64,000 nt of DNA from an uncultured Methanolobus sp. (GCA_963675495.1 OY776215.1:896001-960000); one strand, 5' to 3'. Positions 30,337 through 41,024 are shown, counted from the stretch's first letter. The notes: generated by a model not told the origin, from the sequence alone. Program-made: numbers and translations.

Positions 30337-31929
30337 ATGGCTAACCTTAGGCAACCAAATGCAAATGATGCCACTCGGACCTTTAACAGGTCTAAGAGTG
30401 TAGTACCGATGTCAGGTATCTGTACACGTTGTGTGGACGGATGTCGTGGAAATTGCGAAATTTTCAAATCAACTTTTAGAGGACGTGAAGTCCTGTATCC
30501 CGGACCTTTCGGAGAAATTACGGCAGGTGCAGACAAAGACTATCCTATTGACTACTCCCACATAAACATACAGGGATACGCAGTCGGTGCAATAGGAATG
30601 CCAGACGATATGATCCCTGGTCCGGAAACAGCAAGATTCCCAAATGTCAGTACTGAGACAGAATACGGATGGGATAAAAAAGTAAAAATGAAGGTACCAA
30701 TCTTCACCGGAGCATTAGGTTCAACCGAGATTGCAAGGAAGAACTGGGAACACTTCGCCGTTGGTGCAGCTATTTCAGGTGTCACTATAGTTTGTGGTGA
30801 GAACGTCTGTGGTATTGATCCGGGACTTAAAAGAGGTAATGACGGTCTTGTAACAGAATCTCCTGAGATGGATCGTAGAATCGAGCTCTACAAAAAGTAC
30901 CATGATGGCTACGGCGAAATGCTCGTTCAGATGAACGTAGAGGACACAAAACTGGGTGTTGCAGAGTACCTTTCCAGCAAACATGAAATGGACACCATTG
31001 AACTCAAATGGGGACAAGGTGCAAAATGTATTGGTGGAGAGATCAAAGTAAAAGACCTTGACCGTGCTATCGAACTCAAGAAAAGAGGTTACATCGTAAC
31101 ACCAGACCCTGAACTTGCATCCGTGCAGGAAGCATTCAAAGTTGGTGCCATAAGGGAATTCGAGAGACATTCAAGACTTGGTTTCGTCACAGAAGAAGGC
31201 TTCCACGCAGAATGTGACAGGCTCAGAGACCTTGGATTCAAGCGTATTACATTGAAGACCGGTGCTTACTCCATGGCAGAAACTGCAATGGCTATCAAAT
31301 ACAGCTCCGATGCTAAGATAGACCTGCTCACCTATGATGGTGCCCCTGGTGGAACCGGTATGAGCCCATGGCCAATGATGGAAGAATGGGGAACACCAAC
31401 AATATACCTGCAGTCACTTGTCCAGGAATTCGCAGATAAACTTACTGCAAAGGGCAAGAGAGTACCAGACCTTGCAATGGCTGGTGGATTCTCAAGTGAA
31501 GATGGTATCTACAAGGTTCTGGCAATGGGTGCTCCATACTTTAAGGCAGTGTGCATGGGCCGTGGCCTTATGATCCCAGGAATGGTAGGTAAGAACATTG
31601 GTAAATGGCTTTCTGAAGATGACCTTCCAAAGACTGTTTCCGAATTCGGACACAGGAAAGAAGAGATCTTTGTACACTACGAAGAACTGCAAGAACGCTT
31701 TGGAGCAGACGTAGAAAACATACCACTGGGTGCTATCGGTATATACTCATATGCTGAAAAGACAAGAGTAGGCCTGCAGCAGCTTATGGCTGGTTCCAGA
31801 AGGTTCAACCTTTCCACACTCTCACGTAAGGATCTTATGACACTTACGGAAGATGCAGCAAAAGTAACCGGAATCTCTTATGTAATGGATGCCTACAGGG
31901 ACATCGCAGAAGAGATACTTGACGGATAA
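30337..31929 (+). CDS. FMN-binding glutamate synthase family protein (standalone)
   Basis: IELKWGQGAKCIGGE, DGAPGGTG, N-terminal CxxCxxxCxxxC. GAGG precedes the start. Confidence 0.88.
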   Translation: MANLRQPNANDATRTFNRSKSVVPMSGICTRCVDGCRGNCEIFKSTFRGREVLYPGPFGEITAGADKDYPIDYSHINIQGYAVGAIGMPDDMIPGPETARFPNVSTETEYGWDKKVKMKVPIFTGALGSTEIARKNWEHFAVGAAISGVTIVCGENVCGIDPGLKRGNDGLVTESPEMDRRIELYKKYHDGYGEMLVQMNVEDTKLGVAEYLSSKHEMDTIELKWGQGAKCIGGEIKVKDLDRAIELKKRGYIVTPDPELASVQEAFKVGAIREFERHSRLGFVTEEGFHAECDRLRDLGFKRITLKTGAYSMAETAMAIKYSSDAKIDLLTYDGAPGGTGMSPWPMMEEWGTPTIYLQSLVQEFADKLTAKGKRVPDLAMAGGFSSEDGIYKVLAMGAPYFKAVCMGRGLMIPGMVGKNIGKWLSEDDLPKTVSEFGHRKEEIFVHYEELQERFGADVENIPLGAIGIYSYAEKTRVGLQQLMAGSRRFNLSTLSRKDLMTLTEDAAKVTGISYVMDAYRDIAEEILDG

Positions 31930-31984
31930 AAAAGTAAGTTCAATACTTACTTTTATTTTCTTTTTTTAAAAGAGAGGAAGTTGC

Positions 31985-32191
31985 TTAGTCTTCAACTTCC
32001 AGTGCCTGGATTATATCGTGAATGGTGAACTCGCCTTTTGCAACCCTGAGAACCATCGGATAGATGAATGAACAATCATCAATGGCACTCCAACGCTTTT
32101 CCCCAACTGTTCTTATCAATTCGTCCATAACCTTCCCGCACTCATTACAATATCTGGTTTCACTTTCAATACCACAAACAATACAGTTCAT
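31985..32191 (-). CDS. Small Zn-ribbon-like hypothetical protein
   Basis: GGAGG before ATG 32191; CIVC...YCNEC. Confidence 0.75.
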   Translation of the reverse strand: MNCIVCGIESETRYCNECGKVMDELIRTVGEKRWSAIDDCSFIYPMVLRVAKGEFTIHDIIQALEVED

Positions 32192-32429
32192 GAATTTTCC
32201 TCCACATTTTTGTTTTACCACAGGTTCCAATCTATGGTTATTTTAAATGTTTGTACTGATACTATTTAGGTTTTGAGTTACGAAATGGTCAGTTGTATAC
32301 ATATTTGGAAAAACGGACATACATTAATCTTCTAAAAATACTTTGTACATGAATTCCCCAGATAATACGGTCATTTCTACGATATCTTTTAGTACATTAG
32401 CATAAAAACGTTAATCAGTTAATGAAAAA

Positions 32430-33719
32430 ATGGGGGAAATGATATTGATACCTAATAATATCGAACGGATTCATTTTGACAGCATAAATACATGCAACCT
32501 GTGCATGATGGAACTGGAAAATGTGTATGAAAATTTGATTCTTTCATCAGAAGAAATTGACCTGCTCGACATGCCAAAACGTTCCTTTACGGTTCATTTC
32601 CCAATCCGTATGGATTCAGGAGATACAAAAATGTTCGTTGGACACAGGGTCCAGTATAACGATGCACGGGGACCAACAAAAGGAGGTATCAGATATCACC
32701 CCGAACTTAACCTTGAAAATCTCAAGAACCTTGCATTTTTGATGGCAATAAAATGTGCTCTGGTAAACATACCTTTTGGAGGAGCAAAGGGTGGAATTGT
32801 TGTCAATACGAAGGAAATCAGCAGGGACGAAATGGAAAGGATAACAAGAGCTTATATTCGTGAAATATCGGACATAATCGGACCATTCAAGGACATACCT
32901 GCACCCGACGCGTACACTGATGAAAAGGTCATGGTATGGATACTTGACGAATTCGAAAGGATCAAAGGAAAGCATGTCCCTTCGATAGTTACAGGCAAAC
33001 CAATTGAACTGGGAGGCAGTGAAGTAAGAAATATTTCTACAGCTCTAGGCGGGGTTTATGTACTTGAGGAAGCCCTGAAAACAACAGATCTGGACAAAGC
33101 CACCCTTGGTGTTGCGATCCAGGGATTTGGAAACGTAGGGAGGAATGCCGCTGAGATCCTTTATGAAAGAGGATACAGGATATGTGCTATTAGTGATTCC
33201 AACGGCGGAATAGCCAACAAAGATGGCCTTGATATCCCTAAAGTAATAGAGCATAAATATCAGACAGGAACTGTTCTTGATTTCCCAAATAGTAAAAACA
33301 TAAGCAACGAGGAATTGTTGACATCAGACTGTGATATCCTTATACCTGCTGCTCTTTCAAAACAGATCGATGGGAAAAATGTCAGGGACATTAAGACAAA
33401 GATAATCATGGAACTGGCAAATGCACCTACAACACTTGATGCCAGCAAGATGTTGATCGATCAGGGAGTATTGGTCATACCTGACATACTGGCAAATGCA
33501 GGTGGTGTAGTGGTAAGTTACTTCGAATGGATACAGAACCTCAATCAGGACTACTGGGAAGAGGAAAAGGTCCTGAAAAAACTCAAGCAGACAATGGTAA
33601 ATGCCTTTGCAAATGTCCACATTATCTGCATTGATGAAAAATGCACCATGAGACGGGCAGCACTGCAATTTGCAATAAGGAGTATTCTTCATGCAGAGAG
33701 ATTAAGGGGTAATCTTTGA
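32430..33719 (+). CDS. gdhA: Glu/Leu/Phe/Val dehydrogenase, likely glutamate dehydrogenase
   Basis: KGGIRYHP, GGAKGG, DIPAPD, QGFGNVG, PDILANAGGVVVSYFEW. Confidence 0.9.
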   Translation: MGEMILIPNNIERIHFDSINTCNLCMMELENVYENLILSSEEIDLLDMPKRSFTVHFPIRMDSGDTKMFVGHRVQYNDARGPTKGGIRYHPELNLENLKNLAFLMAIKCALVNIPFGGAKGGIVVNTKEISRDEMERITRAYIREISDIIGPFKDIPAPDAYTDEKVMVWILDEFERIKGKHVPSIVTGKPIELGGSEVRNISTALGGVYVLEEALKTTDLDKATLGVAIQGFGNVGRNAAEILYERGYRICAISDSNGGIANKDGLDIPKVIEHKYQTGTVLDFPNSKNISNEELLTSDCDILIPAALSKQIDGKNVRDIKTKIIMELANAPTTLDASKMLIDQGVLVIPDILANAGGVVVSYFEWIQNLNQDYWEEEKVLKKLKQTMVNAFANVHIICIDEKCTMRRAALQFAIRSILHAERLRGNL

Positions 33720-33865
33720 GCGTTGATATTTTTAATTTGTATTCCGCTCAAAATTTCTTCATACTACTTTTTTGGCCCTAATCGAAATTACAGCGTTATA
33801 TTAATAAAATAACCGTCCATTATTCAGCGACATAATACTAATTCATATTTTCCAGAGGTAAAAAC

Positions 33866-35011
33866 TTGTCAGATAATATTTTTGATATTAAGGTCGGTAA
33901 TTTCTCTTTCAGAAACCCAATTGCACTTGCTCCCATGGGAGGAATAACCAACAGTAGTTTTGCAAATGAAAAAGCAAAGGATGCAGGTCTTGTAATAATT
34001 GGAGGATACAACCTTGATGCTGCAACACAGAATGCAGCATCTGAAATGCTTGCAAGAGGAAGAGAAGATTTCGTATCGGACGAACCTTTGAAGCTCATTG
34101 AAAACGAGATCAAAGCAGTGGATGAAGGACCTGTCGTAGGCGTCAATGTAAGGAGTGCAACGATAGAACCCCTAATTGAAGCTGCCACAATTGTAAAGGA
34201 AGCAGATGCCATTCTGGAACTGGATGCCCATTGCAGGCAAAAAGAGATCACAGATATAGGAACAGGACAGGCACTTCTCAGTGACCTTACGAAACTCTGT
34301 GAATGGATCGGCAGGATCAAGGAAACCGGTGTTATCCTTTCTGTCAAGGTGCGTGCTAATGTAGTTGATGACATTGCGCTGGTAAAGAAAATAGAAACAG
34401 CAGGAGCTGACATACTTCACCTTGATACAATGAAGGAAGGTGCCGGAGCTGATCTCGATCTCATAAAGAATGTACGTGATTCCACAAGGATGTTCCTCAT
34501 ATGCAACAACTCTGTGACTGACATAGATGCTGCAAAAGATATGTTCACAAGAGGAGCAGAGATGGTTTCCGTTGCAAGGGGAGTACTTGAGCAACCAGGA
34601 CTTATAAGTAACCTTGTCAACAGAATATCCACCCAGCAGGAAGATATGGGCTGGTACAATGCACCAAAACATATTTGCAGAGGACAAGGAGACCTGAGAG
34701 GACTGGCATTTTGTTGTATGCCTGTTAAACAATGCCCCATACATAATAGCATCGCAAAACTTGGTTACTCTGCTCAGGAATTTGCAGATACTAAAATGGA
34801 GTTTGCTAAAGGTACTATGTTAGAATATGGAGATAGCACTTGTTTTGGAAGTCTGGCATGGTGCTGTAAGCTATCAAAACCCTGTTATCTCAGAGATGGA
34901 GTACTGGAAACATTGGGAGTTTCAGATGCAGAATATATGCGCCTGAAGAAAGAACTTGCAGATTACATTATTGACAATGCTAAAAAGCCCATCAACGGCT
35001 CAAAGAATTAA
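33866..35011 (+). CDS. Dus-like TIM-barrel flavoprotein fused to a methanogenesis marker 9 domain
   Basis: LAPMGGIT, ELDAHCRQ, Cys-rich C-terminus (HICRG.GDLRGLAFCC, TCFGSLAWCC). Confidence 0.85.
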   Translation: MSDNIFDIKVGNFSFRNPIALAPMGGITNSSFANEKAKDAGLVIIGGYNLDAATQNAASEMLARGREDFVSDEPLKLIENEIKAVDEGPVVGVNVRSATIEPLIEAATIVKEADAILELDAHCRQKEITDIGTGQALLSDLTKLCEWIGRIKETGVILSVKVRANVVDDIALVKKIETAGADILHLDTMKEGAGADLDLIKNVRDSTRMFLICNNSVTDIDAAKDMFTRGAEMVSVARGVLEQPGLISNLVNRISTQQEDMGWYNAPKHICRGQGDLRGLAFCCMPVKQCPIHNSIAKLGYSAQEFADTKMEFAKGTMLEYGDSTCFGSLAWCCKLSKPCYLRDGVLETLGVSDAEYMRLKKELADYIIDNAKKPINGSKN

Positions 35012-35017
35012 GCAGAC

Positions 35018-35974
35018 ATGAAAGACTCACTTTACGCAATTGATAGAGGAAACTATCCCCTCTCATCCTACATTGCACGCTGTGCCCAGCTTGCAATGTG
35101 CCTGGAAGTTTCCGCCTCTCCAAAACCGGGGAACATTGACAGGCACAATGACTATGAAGATACACGCTACGAGCATTTCCTAGCATCAGCTACCGGTATT
35201 TATCCGGTGATCGAGGAGGCTTCATCAAAAACAGAGGGTGTTGGCAAGTTCATCAGAAATGCCGTTACCGAGAGCGTAAGATGGCAAAGGGGTGGAAATA
35301 CACACTTTGGAGCATTCATACTTCTAATGCCTCTTGCAATGGCCGCCGGGGAGATTCTTCAGGAAGATGAACCTTTTACCATCCAACAACTGATAGAGTG
35401 CGCATACAGGATTGCAAAGAACACAGATACATCCGATTCGGTTAACTTTTATAGCTGTTTTGAAGCGGCAGGCGTAAAGGTAAATCCTGCAGATGAGTTT
35501 GATCTTCAGAATAAGGAAGCTATTGGTGAGCTTAACGAAAAAGACATGAGCCTCTACAAGCTCATGGATATTGCCAGGGGATATGACCTGATAGCAAACG
35601 AGTGGGTCACTGGCTTTAAAAGATGTGGCGCATGTGCTGAAATAATAATTGATGGTATGAACGGTAACCTTAATCCAAAAGTTAAAGCCGACATCAATGA
35701 CGTAGCAGTCTATGCTTTTATGAAGACACTTGCTGAGAATGAAGACACCTTCATCAGTACTAAGTACGATAATGAAACCGCTGCATATGTGTCAGGTCAG
35801 GCAAAATTAATAATCGAAGAAATATATAAAACTAATGAAGACTTTAATACTATACTACCATTGATAAAAAAACTGGATGAGGAGCTTCTGGAAAGAAAAA
35901 TAAATCCAGGGTCCACGGCAGACATTGTAATTGCCGGTCTGTTTATCTCACTGCTTGCAGGAGTCAGGTTCTAA
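35018..35974 (+). CDS. citG: Triphosphoribosyl-dephospho-CoA synthase (CitG) family protein
   Basis: LEVSASPKPGNIDR, GGNTHFG, INPGSTADI. Confidence 0.88.
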   Translation: MKDSLYAIDRGNYPLSSYIARCAQLAMCLEVSASPKPGNIDRHNDYEDTRYEHFLASATGIYPVIEEASSKTEGVGKFIRNAVTESVRWQRGGNTHFGAFILLMPLAMAAGEILQEDEPFTIQQLIECAYRIAKNTDTSDSVNFYSCFEAAGVKVNPADEFDLQNKEAIGELNEKDMSLYKLMDIARGYDLIANEWVTGFKRCGACAEIIIDGMNGNLNPKVKADINDVAVYAFMKTLAENEDTFISTKYDNETAAYVSGQAKLIIEEIYKTNEDFNTILPLIKKLDEELLERKINPGSTADIVIAGLFISLLAGVRF

Positions 35975-36561
35975 TGCTTAATAAGATAAAATATGACCAT
36001 TTCGGAATTTATGACGGCATATCAGAAACCATTGTTACAACAAGCAGAGGATGGACACCAAACGCCGCCCCCATGGGCATCATCCGGAAAAAAGACAAAT
36101 TATTCGTACGTATGTTCAAAGGTTCTAATACCTACAACAATGTGCTTTCAGAGAAAACTCTCGTCGTAAATATTACTCTGGACCCTTTGGTCTTCGTCAA
36201 TTCAACATTCGCTGACCTTGATGATTCTGATTTTGAAAGTGTGAACATGGGCGGCAGGAATTTTGTTGCTCTGAAAAAAGCCCAATGCTGGATCGCTTTT
36301 GATTGTGCGAACACCAAGCTCACATCAGAAGCACTTGTAACAGAACTTGTACCTGTAGGAACCCGTATGAACAAGCCACTAATAAGAGCTCCTAACCGTG
36401 GTCTTTTCGGAGTCATCGAGTCATGCATACATGCAACCAGGTATCAGCTTACATCTGAGGATAAATACCTCAAGCTTATCAAAGCATACGGGGACATAGT
36501 AGACAAATGCGGCGGAGATAATGAAAAAGAAGCAATGAAATTGCTCTACGGCTATCTCTGA
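35974..36561 (+). CDS. DUF447 family protein
   Basis: ETIVTT, PNAAPMG, GSNTY, NRG...VIESCIHATR. Confidence 0.85.
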   Translation: MLNKIKYDHFGIYDGISETIVTTSRGWTPNAAPMGIIRKKDKLFVRMFKGSNTYNNVLSEKTLVVNITLDPLVFVNSTFADLDDSDFESVNMGGRNFVALKKAQCWIAFDCANTKLTSEALVTELVPVGTRMNKPLIRAPNRGLFGVIESCIHATRYQLTSEDKYLKLIKAYGDIVDKCGGDNEKEAMKLLYGYL

Positions 36562-36609
36562 ACTGTCCCGATGAAAAGAATATAATACAAAAAAGACTAT
36601 TTCCTCCCC

Positions 36610-37314
36610 ATGAAAAAAACGATAGCATGGGGAATCACCGGAGCCGGTCATTTCCTTACATCCAGTTTCGGGATATTCAGGCAACTTAAAAATGAGAACG
36701 ACATCAGAGTGAATACTTTTCTATCCAGTGCTGCCGAAGAAGTTGTAAGGATGTACGGACTTGAAAAGGAACTGGAAACAATATCCTGTGGTGAATATCT
36801 TGAAGAGATCTTCCTTGAGACACAGCAGGGAAAAAGCTGGCCAAAAACAGGACGTTTCCTGCTTGACAAATATGATGCACTCATTGTCACTCCGGCTACC
36901 TCCAACACCGTATCCAAGATTGCACACGGTACTGCAGATTCGCTAGTCAGCAATGCTGTTGCACAGGCTGTGAAAGGAAGCGTACCGGTCTATATCGTGC
37001 CTGTTGACATTGCAGGTGTTGTGGTATCGGAACTCCCTTTTGGCATTGCCAGGGAACTATGCCAGAAATGTGACCCATGCCCACCAAGGGATAGCTGTCC
37101 TAATAATGCTATAAGCGACCAGATAGACCTGCTCAAATGTAGTGGATGTGGAATTTGCAAGGAACTTTGCAATTTTAATGCTATCAAGGGCGGACCTGTT
37201 GAATTGAAGGTAAGGGATATCGATGCAAGGAACGTAGACATCATCAAAGAACTTGAAGGCATAACAGTATTGGAAAAACCGGAAGACATACCGGGAATTC
37301 TTGCAGATATCTAA
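36610..37314 (+). CDS. dmrX: Dihydromethanopterin reductase (archaeal flavoprotein with Fe-S motifs)
   Basis: IAWGITGAGHFL, PATSNTVSKIAHG, two ferredoxin-like Cys motifs. Confidence 0.85.
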   Translation: MKKTIAWGITGAGHFLTSSFGIFRQLKNENDIRVNTFLSSAAEEVVRMYGLEKELETISCGEYLEEIFLETQQGKSWPKTGRFLLDKYDALIVTPATSNTVSKIAHGTADSLVSNAVAQAVKGSVPVYIVPVDIAGVVVSELPFGIARELCQKCDPCPPRDSCPNNAISDQIDLLKCSGCGICKELCNFNAIKGGPVELKVRDIDARNVDIIKELEGITVLEKPEDIPGILADI

Positions 37315-37337
37315 GTTCGGCACTTCATATGATCCTA

Positions 37338-38009
37338 TTATCTTATTCCAAGACGTCTGCCAAGTTTATTCACATGGCCGATAAACATCTGTTTTACAAC
37401 AAAGGACATTGGAGTTTTTCCACCACCGGGACTGGTACGGCCTTGGCGTATGGCAGCCAGCACATCTTCAACTGTTCCGGACTCGACGTCTATATTTGTA
37501 TATGACCTTCCAACCATCTCTGCTTCGTGAGAATCACTTCCGCCGACCATGGGAAATCCCAGTTCCTGGGCAGCATTCCTTGCTTTGTTGTTAGGACCAT
37601 CAGTTACACAACGGGAATTCAACACTTCCACAGCATCAGTATCAAGCCCTTCAACGTAACCTATGCCATGGGATGTTACCTTAAATGGGTGAGGGATTAT
37701 TACAACAGCTCCCTGCTGTCGTGCCCTTTTGATAGTTTCTTCAGGACTTAGTCCAGGTTCTATAGGTTCATGGATACCAAGTGCAAGAATGTGACCTTTA
37801 GAAGAACTCACTTCCACCCCAGGTATGACGATCATGTCCGAACCGATTTCCTTTGCCCTTCTGGAACATTCTATGCCGCCTTCTATGACATCATGATCAC
37901 ATACGGCAAAACCGTCAAGCCCATTTCTTGCTGCATATTCGAGAATATCATCAAGACTGGCATTGCTATCTTTTGAATAACAGGAATGAACGTGAAGATC
38001 GAACTTCAT
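37338..38009 (-). CDS. PHP-domain phosphoesterase
   Basis: DLHVHS, CDHD, GVEVS, GHIL, PHPF, GGSDSH. TATA-like element about 25 nt upstream suggests a leaderless mRNA. Confidence 0.9.
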   Translation of the reverse strand: MKFDLHVHSCYSKDSNASLDDILEYAARNGLDGFAVCDHDVIEGGIECSRRAKEIGSDMIVIPGVEVSSSKGHILALGIHEPIEPGLSPEETIKRARQQGAVVIIPHPFKVTSHGIGYVEGLDTDAVEVLNSRCVTDGPNNKARNAAQELGFPMVGGSDSHEAEMVGRSYTNIDVESGTVEDVLAAIRQGRTSPGGGKTPMSFVVKQMFIGHVNKLGRRLGIR

Positions 38010-38049
38010 GGAAGTATCTTAGTCTTCAGAGTTTATAAAGATAATTTAG

Positions 38050-38152
38050 AACAAGGAGAATTGGTTGGTTGCGAACGGGCAATAGAATTTTGGTGGTTGG
38101 GTGGTTGGATAGGATTGGTGGTACATTAGAGAAGTTACACCCGTTCGCATAC
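38050..38152 (-). ncRNA. Candidate small RNA (10-bp stem enclosing a CCA-repeat loop)
   Basis: Perfect inverted repeat TGCGAACGGG (38070-38079) / CCCGTTCGCA (38140-38149), AT-repeat TATA at 38172-38181, pyrimidine-rich 3' tail. Confidence 0.55.
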
Positions 38153-38223
38153 ATACAAACTACCTTATCACATATATATATAGCGCTGCTAATAAAATTG
38201 GTTAAAAGCAGATATTATGTAAT

Positions 38224-39474
38224 TTAAGGCAGTTTTTCCACTAAAGAAATGGCTTTATTTATAATCTTGTCCCTTGCTTCAAAATCTATTGAAATATCTT
38301 TATCGTACTTTATGTTGTGAACAAGACCTTCATCAAATATCCATGCTACAAGGGACATCCCTTCCTCGGACATAGGGAAAGAGAGGCTTATGCGTTCCCA
38401 TTCAGGAAGTTGATGACGAATCTGCGCTTTTAGTTCATCGAATCCAGAACCACTTTTTGCTGACACAGATACAGGATTAGGAGCAAGATACCCAAGAGCC
38501 AGCATACTTTCTGTCAGTTCTTTTTCGTCTACAAGGTCAGTTTTATTGAAAACTGTAACAATAGCAACATCCTGTAGTTGATTCCACATTGTTTCGTGGC
38601 ATACAAGCAATTTTTTGCGTATATTTTCCAGGTCTTCGGAAGAATCAACAACAAGAAGAACAACATCTGCAAGGAATATTTCGTCAAGGGTCGATCTGAA
38701 AGCATCCACCATCCAGTGAGGAAGATCTTCAATAAACCCTACTGTATCCGTTAGCAGAACATCACGACCCTCTACGTTCAAAGAGCGGGTTGTAGGAAGT
38801 AGCGTAGTGAACAACATATCCCTGGACTCAACACTCTCATCTACAAGAGCATTGAAAAGGGTACTTTTTCCTGCGTTGGTATATCCTGCAAGTGCCACCA
38901 GTGAAAAACCCCGGGAATGCCTGTGAGCCCGGAGGGATTCGTTGTCCTTCTGTATCGTTTCCAGCTCTTTGCTGATACGGATCATACGGTTCTTTATATC
39001 CTGAGCATAGGAATCCTCGTAACCTCCAAGACCCATAAAACCCGGCCTCTCATCTTTTTTAAGGATAGATATCACAGCTCTGGCCCTTGGGAGCTCATAT
39101 TGGAGCCTTGCCAGTTCGACCTGTAGTTTGGAACGGTGAGTCGTTGCTCTGGTTGCGAATATCTCAAGAATTAGCTGGAATTTGTCTATGGTTTCACAAC
39201 GACATATTTCTGAGATATTGTATATCTGCATCGTGCTTAATGGATTATGGAATATTATTTTATCAGGTTTCAGATGAACAACCATTTGAGCTAATTCATC
39301 CACCTTCCCCCTTCCAAGATGGAACTTCCTGTCAGGATGCCTGGTCTGGGTTAATTCACACAGAACTTCATAACCTGCGGCACTGGCCAGTTCCCTGAGC
39401 TCATTGAGCTGAAGTAGGTTCTTTTCATCTTCAGACCTTGGGTCATTCCGCTTTACTAAAATAACGCTTTTCAT
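38224..39474 (-). CDS. hflX: Ribosome-associated GTPase HflX
   Basis: LQVELARLQY, GYTNAGKSTL, LFTTL, DTVGF, NKTD. Start moved to ATG 39474. Confidence 0.95.
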   Translation of the reverse strand: MKSVILVKRNDPRSEDEKNLLQLNELRELASAAGYEVLCELTQTRHPDRKFHLGRGKVDELAQMVVHLKPDKIIFHNPLSTMQIYNISEICRCETIDKFQLILEIFATRATTHRSKLQVELARLQYELPRARAVISILKKDERPGFMGLGGYEDSYAQDIKNRMIRISKELETIQKDNESLRAHRHSRGFSLVALAGYTNAGKSTLFNALVDESVESRDMLFTTLLPTTRSLNVEGRDVLLTDTVGFIEDLPHWMVDAFRSTLDEIFLADVVLLVVDSSEDLENIRKKLLVCHETMWNQLQDVAIVTVFNKTDLVDEKELTESMLALGYLAPNPVSVSAKSGSGFDELKAQIRHQLPEWERISLSFPMSEEGMSLVAWIFDEGLVHNIKYDKDISIDFEARDKIINKAISLVEKLP

Positions 39475-39499
39475 GAGGATAACCTGATTTCCTGAATGG

Positions 39500-39892
39500 T
39501 CATTGAATGCCCAGCTCTTTAAGAAGGAGTTTTCTTGAACTAAGCGATACATGATGGGCAATCTCAATGCATCTTCTTTCGCTCAAGGATTCCTGATATT
39601 TGAAATCATCAGAGAACATGCTGTCAATAAGCCATTGGGGTTTATTGTACATATCACCGGCTTCTGTGACGATGGTACCACTGAACCTGAGTTCTGAAAC
39701 AGTATCTTCGATCATCTTCACAACATATGGGATGTCAGGGGCAGATCTACTCCTGAATGACCTGATGGCTATCTGGTTGACCTTCTCTACATGATCAGCG
39801 GTAACGGATGCAGCAACAACTGCACATACCATCAGATATTCGTCACCGTTCTTATGACGTCCTGAAATGTCCACTGCTATTATGTCAAACAT
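39500..39892 (-). CDS. DUF2209-like protein
   Basis: IAVDISGRH, IEIAHHVS. Confidence 0.75.
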   Translation of the reverse strand: MFDIIAVDISGRHKNGDEYLMVCAVVAASVTADHVEKVNQIAIRSFRSRSAPDIPYVVKMIEDTVSELRFSGTIVTEAGDMYNKPQWLIDSMFSDDFKYQESLSERRCIEIAHHVSLSSRKLLLKELGIQ

Positions 39893-39956
39893 CTGCTAAA
39901 GCAAATACAGGTATATTATATAAGTTTGAGCAGAATTTTTACATTTGCATAGACAT

Positions 39957-41024
39957 TTACATCTTTATTCTGCCGATGTCGATATACTCAATACCACTTG
40001 CAAATTCCACAGCATACAACATCTGTTTCCTGACACTGTTGGCAAGTCTTACTGCCCTGGACATTAGAGGTAGGAAAAATTCATAGTCCTGCGGAATTGC
40101 ATGGACCAGATGATCTGAATGAGGAAGCTTGTTCAGGGATTTTACTTCATTGTATACCCTGAAATGAGTACCGAACTTAAAGCCGGTCTTTGGAACAAAA
40201 CCCCTACTTCGAAGATCAACATATGTACTGTACTTGCGTTCAAAATCAGGATCTATGGATGCTGCCGTCTCGGAAAATCCGACAAGGTCTGGAATATTCC
40301 CTGTTGTGCCATCCTTTATCTCTATGAGACCCTGCTCCAGCAAGTGTGCAGACTCTACCAGGGACAACTGGAGACGCTCATTATCAAGAGGCTTGCCGTA
40401 AAAACCATTTTCATAAAGCAAATGTGAAGCCTGTTCATCCCATATCAGGACACGATCCTCCAGCATAGTTGCAGCAATTGCCCCATCCTGTGGAATGACA
40501 GCTTCCATGCCGCCTTTAATATCTGCTTTTTTGACCTCATAATAGGTCAGATCACTTTCCTCATCAACGATGGCAAGCACCATTTGCTTGCGAACATTCA
40601 CCGCTGCAGTGTACTGGGAAAGAAGGTCCTTAATAGGCATGGGGATACGCTCGGACCTTACGTAGACAAACATCTTTGCCTGGGTCTTGCCGGGGTGGCC
40701 TCCCCTTGGATATACCCTGAAATCCGTAACACTGGGCTGGACGTAGTATCCTCTCTCACGGAGGTCCTTGTAAACGATATACTTCAATTCAAAGAACTGC
40801 TGCCTTTTTGAGGCTTCTGTGAAAAACTCCTCAAATGTAAGAGGTTCTTCATCCATGGCAATCTCAAGTTTGCTCTTGTAAAGCAAATATGCTGCTTCAA
40901 CAAGTGTGAGTTCAAGAACATCGCCCTTTGGACGCCCGTAATACCCGGTGTTATACAGCTCATTGATAGCCTGTTTCCCGGCCTTTACCCTATCTTTGAC
41001 AAGTTTTCCGATCAAAAAGTTCAC
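39957..41024 (-). CDS. endA: tRNA-splicing endonuclease, alpha2 type
   Basis: Two repeats containing LTLVEAAYL and LSLVESAHL; KTGFKFGTHFRVY; NSVRKQM. Confidence 0.93.
   Translation of the reverse strand: MNFLIGKLVKDRVKAGKQAINELYNTGYYGRPKGDVLELTLVEAAYLLYKSKLEIAMDEEPLTFEEFFTEASKRQQFFELKYIVYKDLRERGYYVQPSVTDFRVYPRGGHPGKTQAKMFVYVRSERIPMPIKDLLSQYTAAVNVRKQMVLAIVDEESDLTYYEVKKADIKGGMEAVIPQDGAIAATMLEDRVLIWDEQASHLLYENGFYGKPLDNERLQLSLVESAHLLEQGLIEIKDGTTGNIPDLVGFSETAASIDPDFERKYSTYVDLRSRGFVPKTGFKFGTHFRVYNEVKSLNKLPHSDHLVHAIPQDYEFFLPLMSRAVRLANSVRKQMLYAVEFASGIEYIDIGRIKM

Noticed and set aside
38061-38125. TGG/TTGG repeats as a CRISPR array or microsatellite
   Set aside because: Short irregular repeats with no repeat-spacer periodicity; better explained as an RNA loop. 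No CRISPR array, tRNA or rRNA was recognised anywhere in the window.
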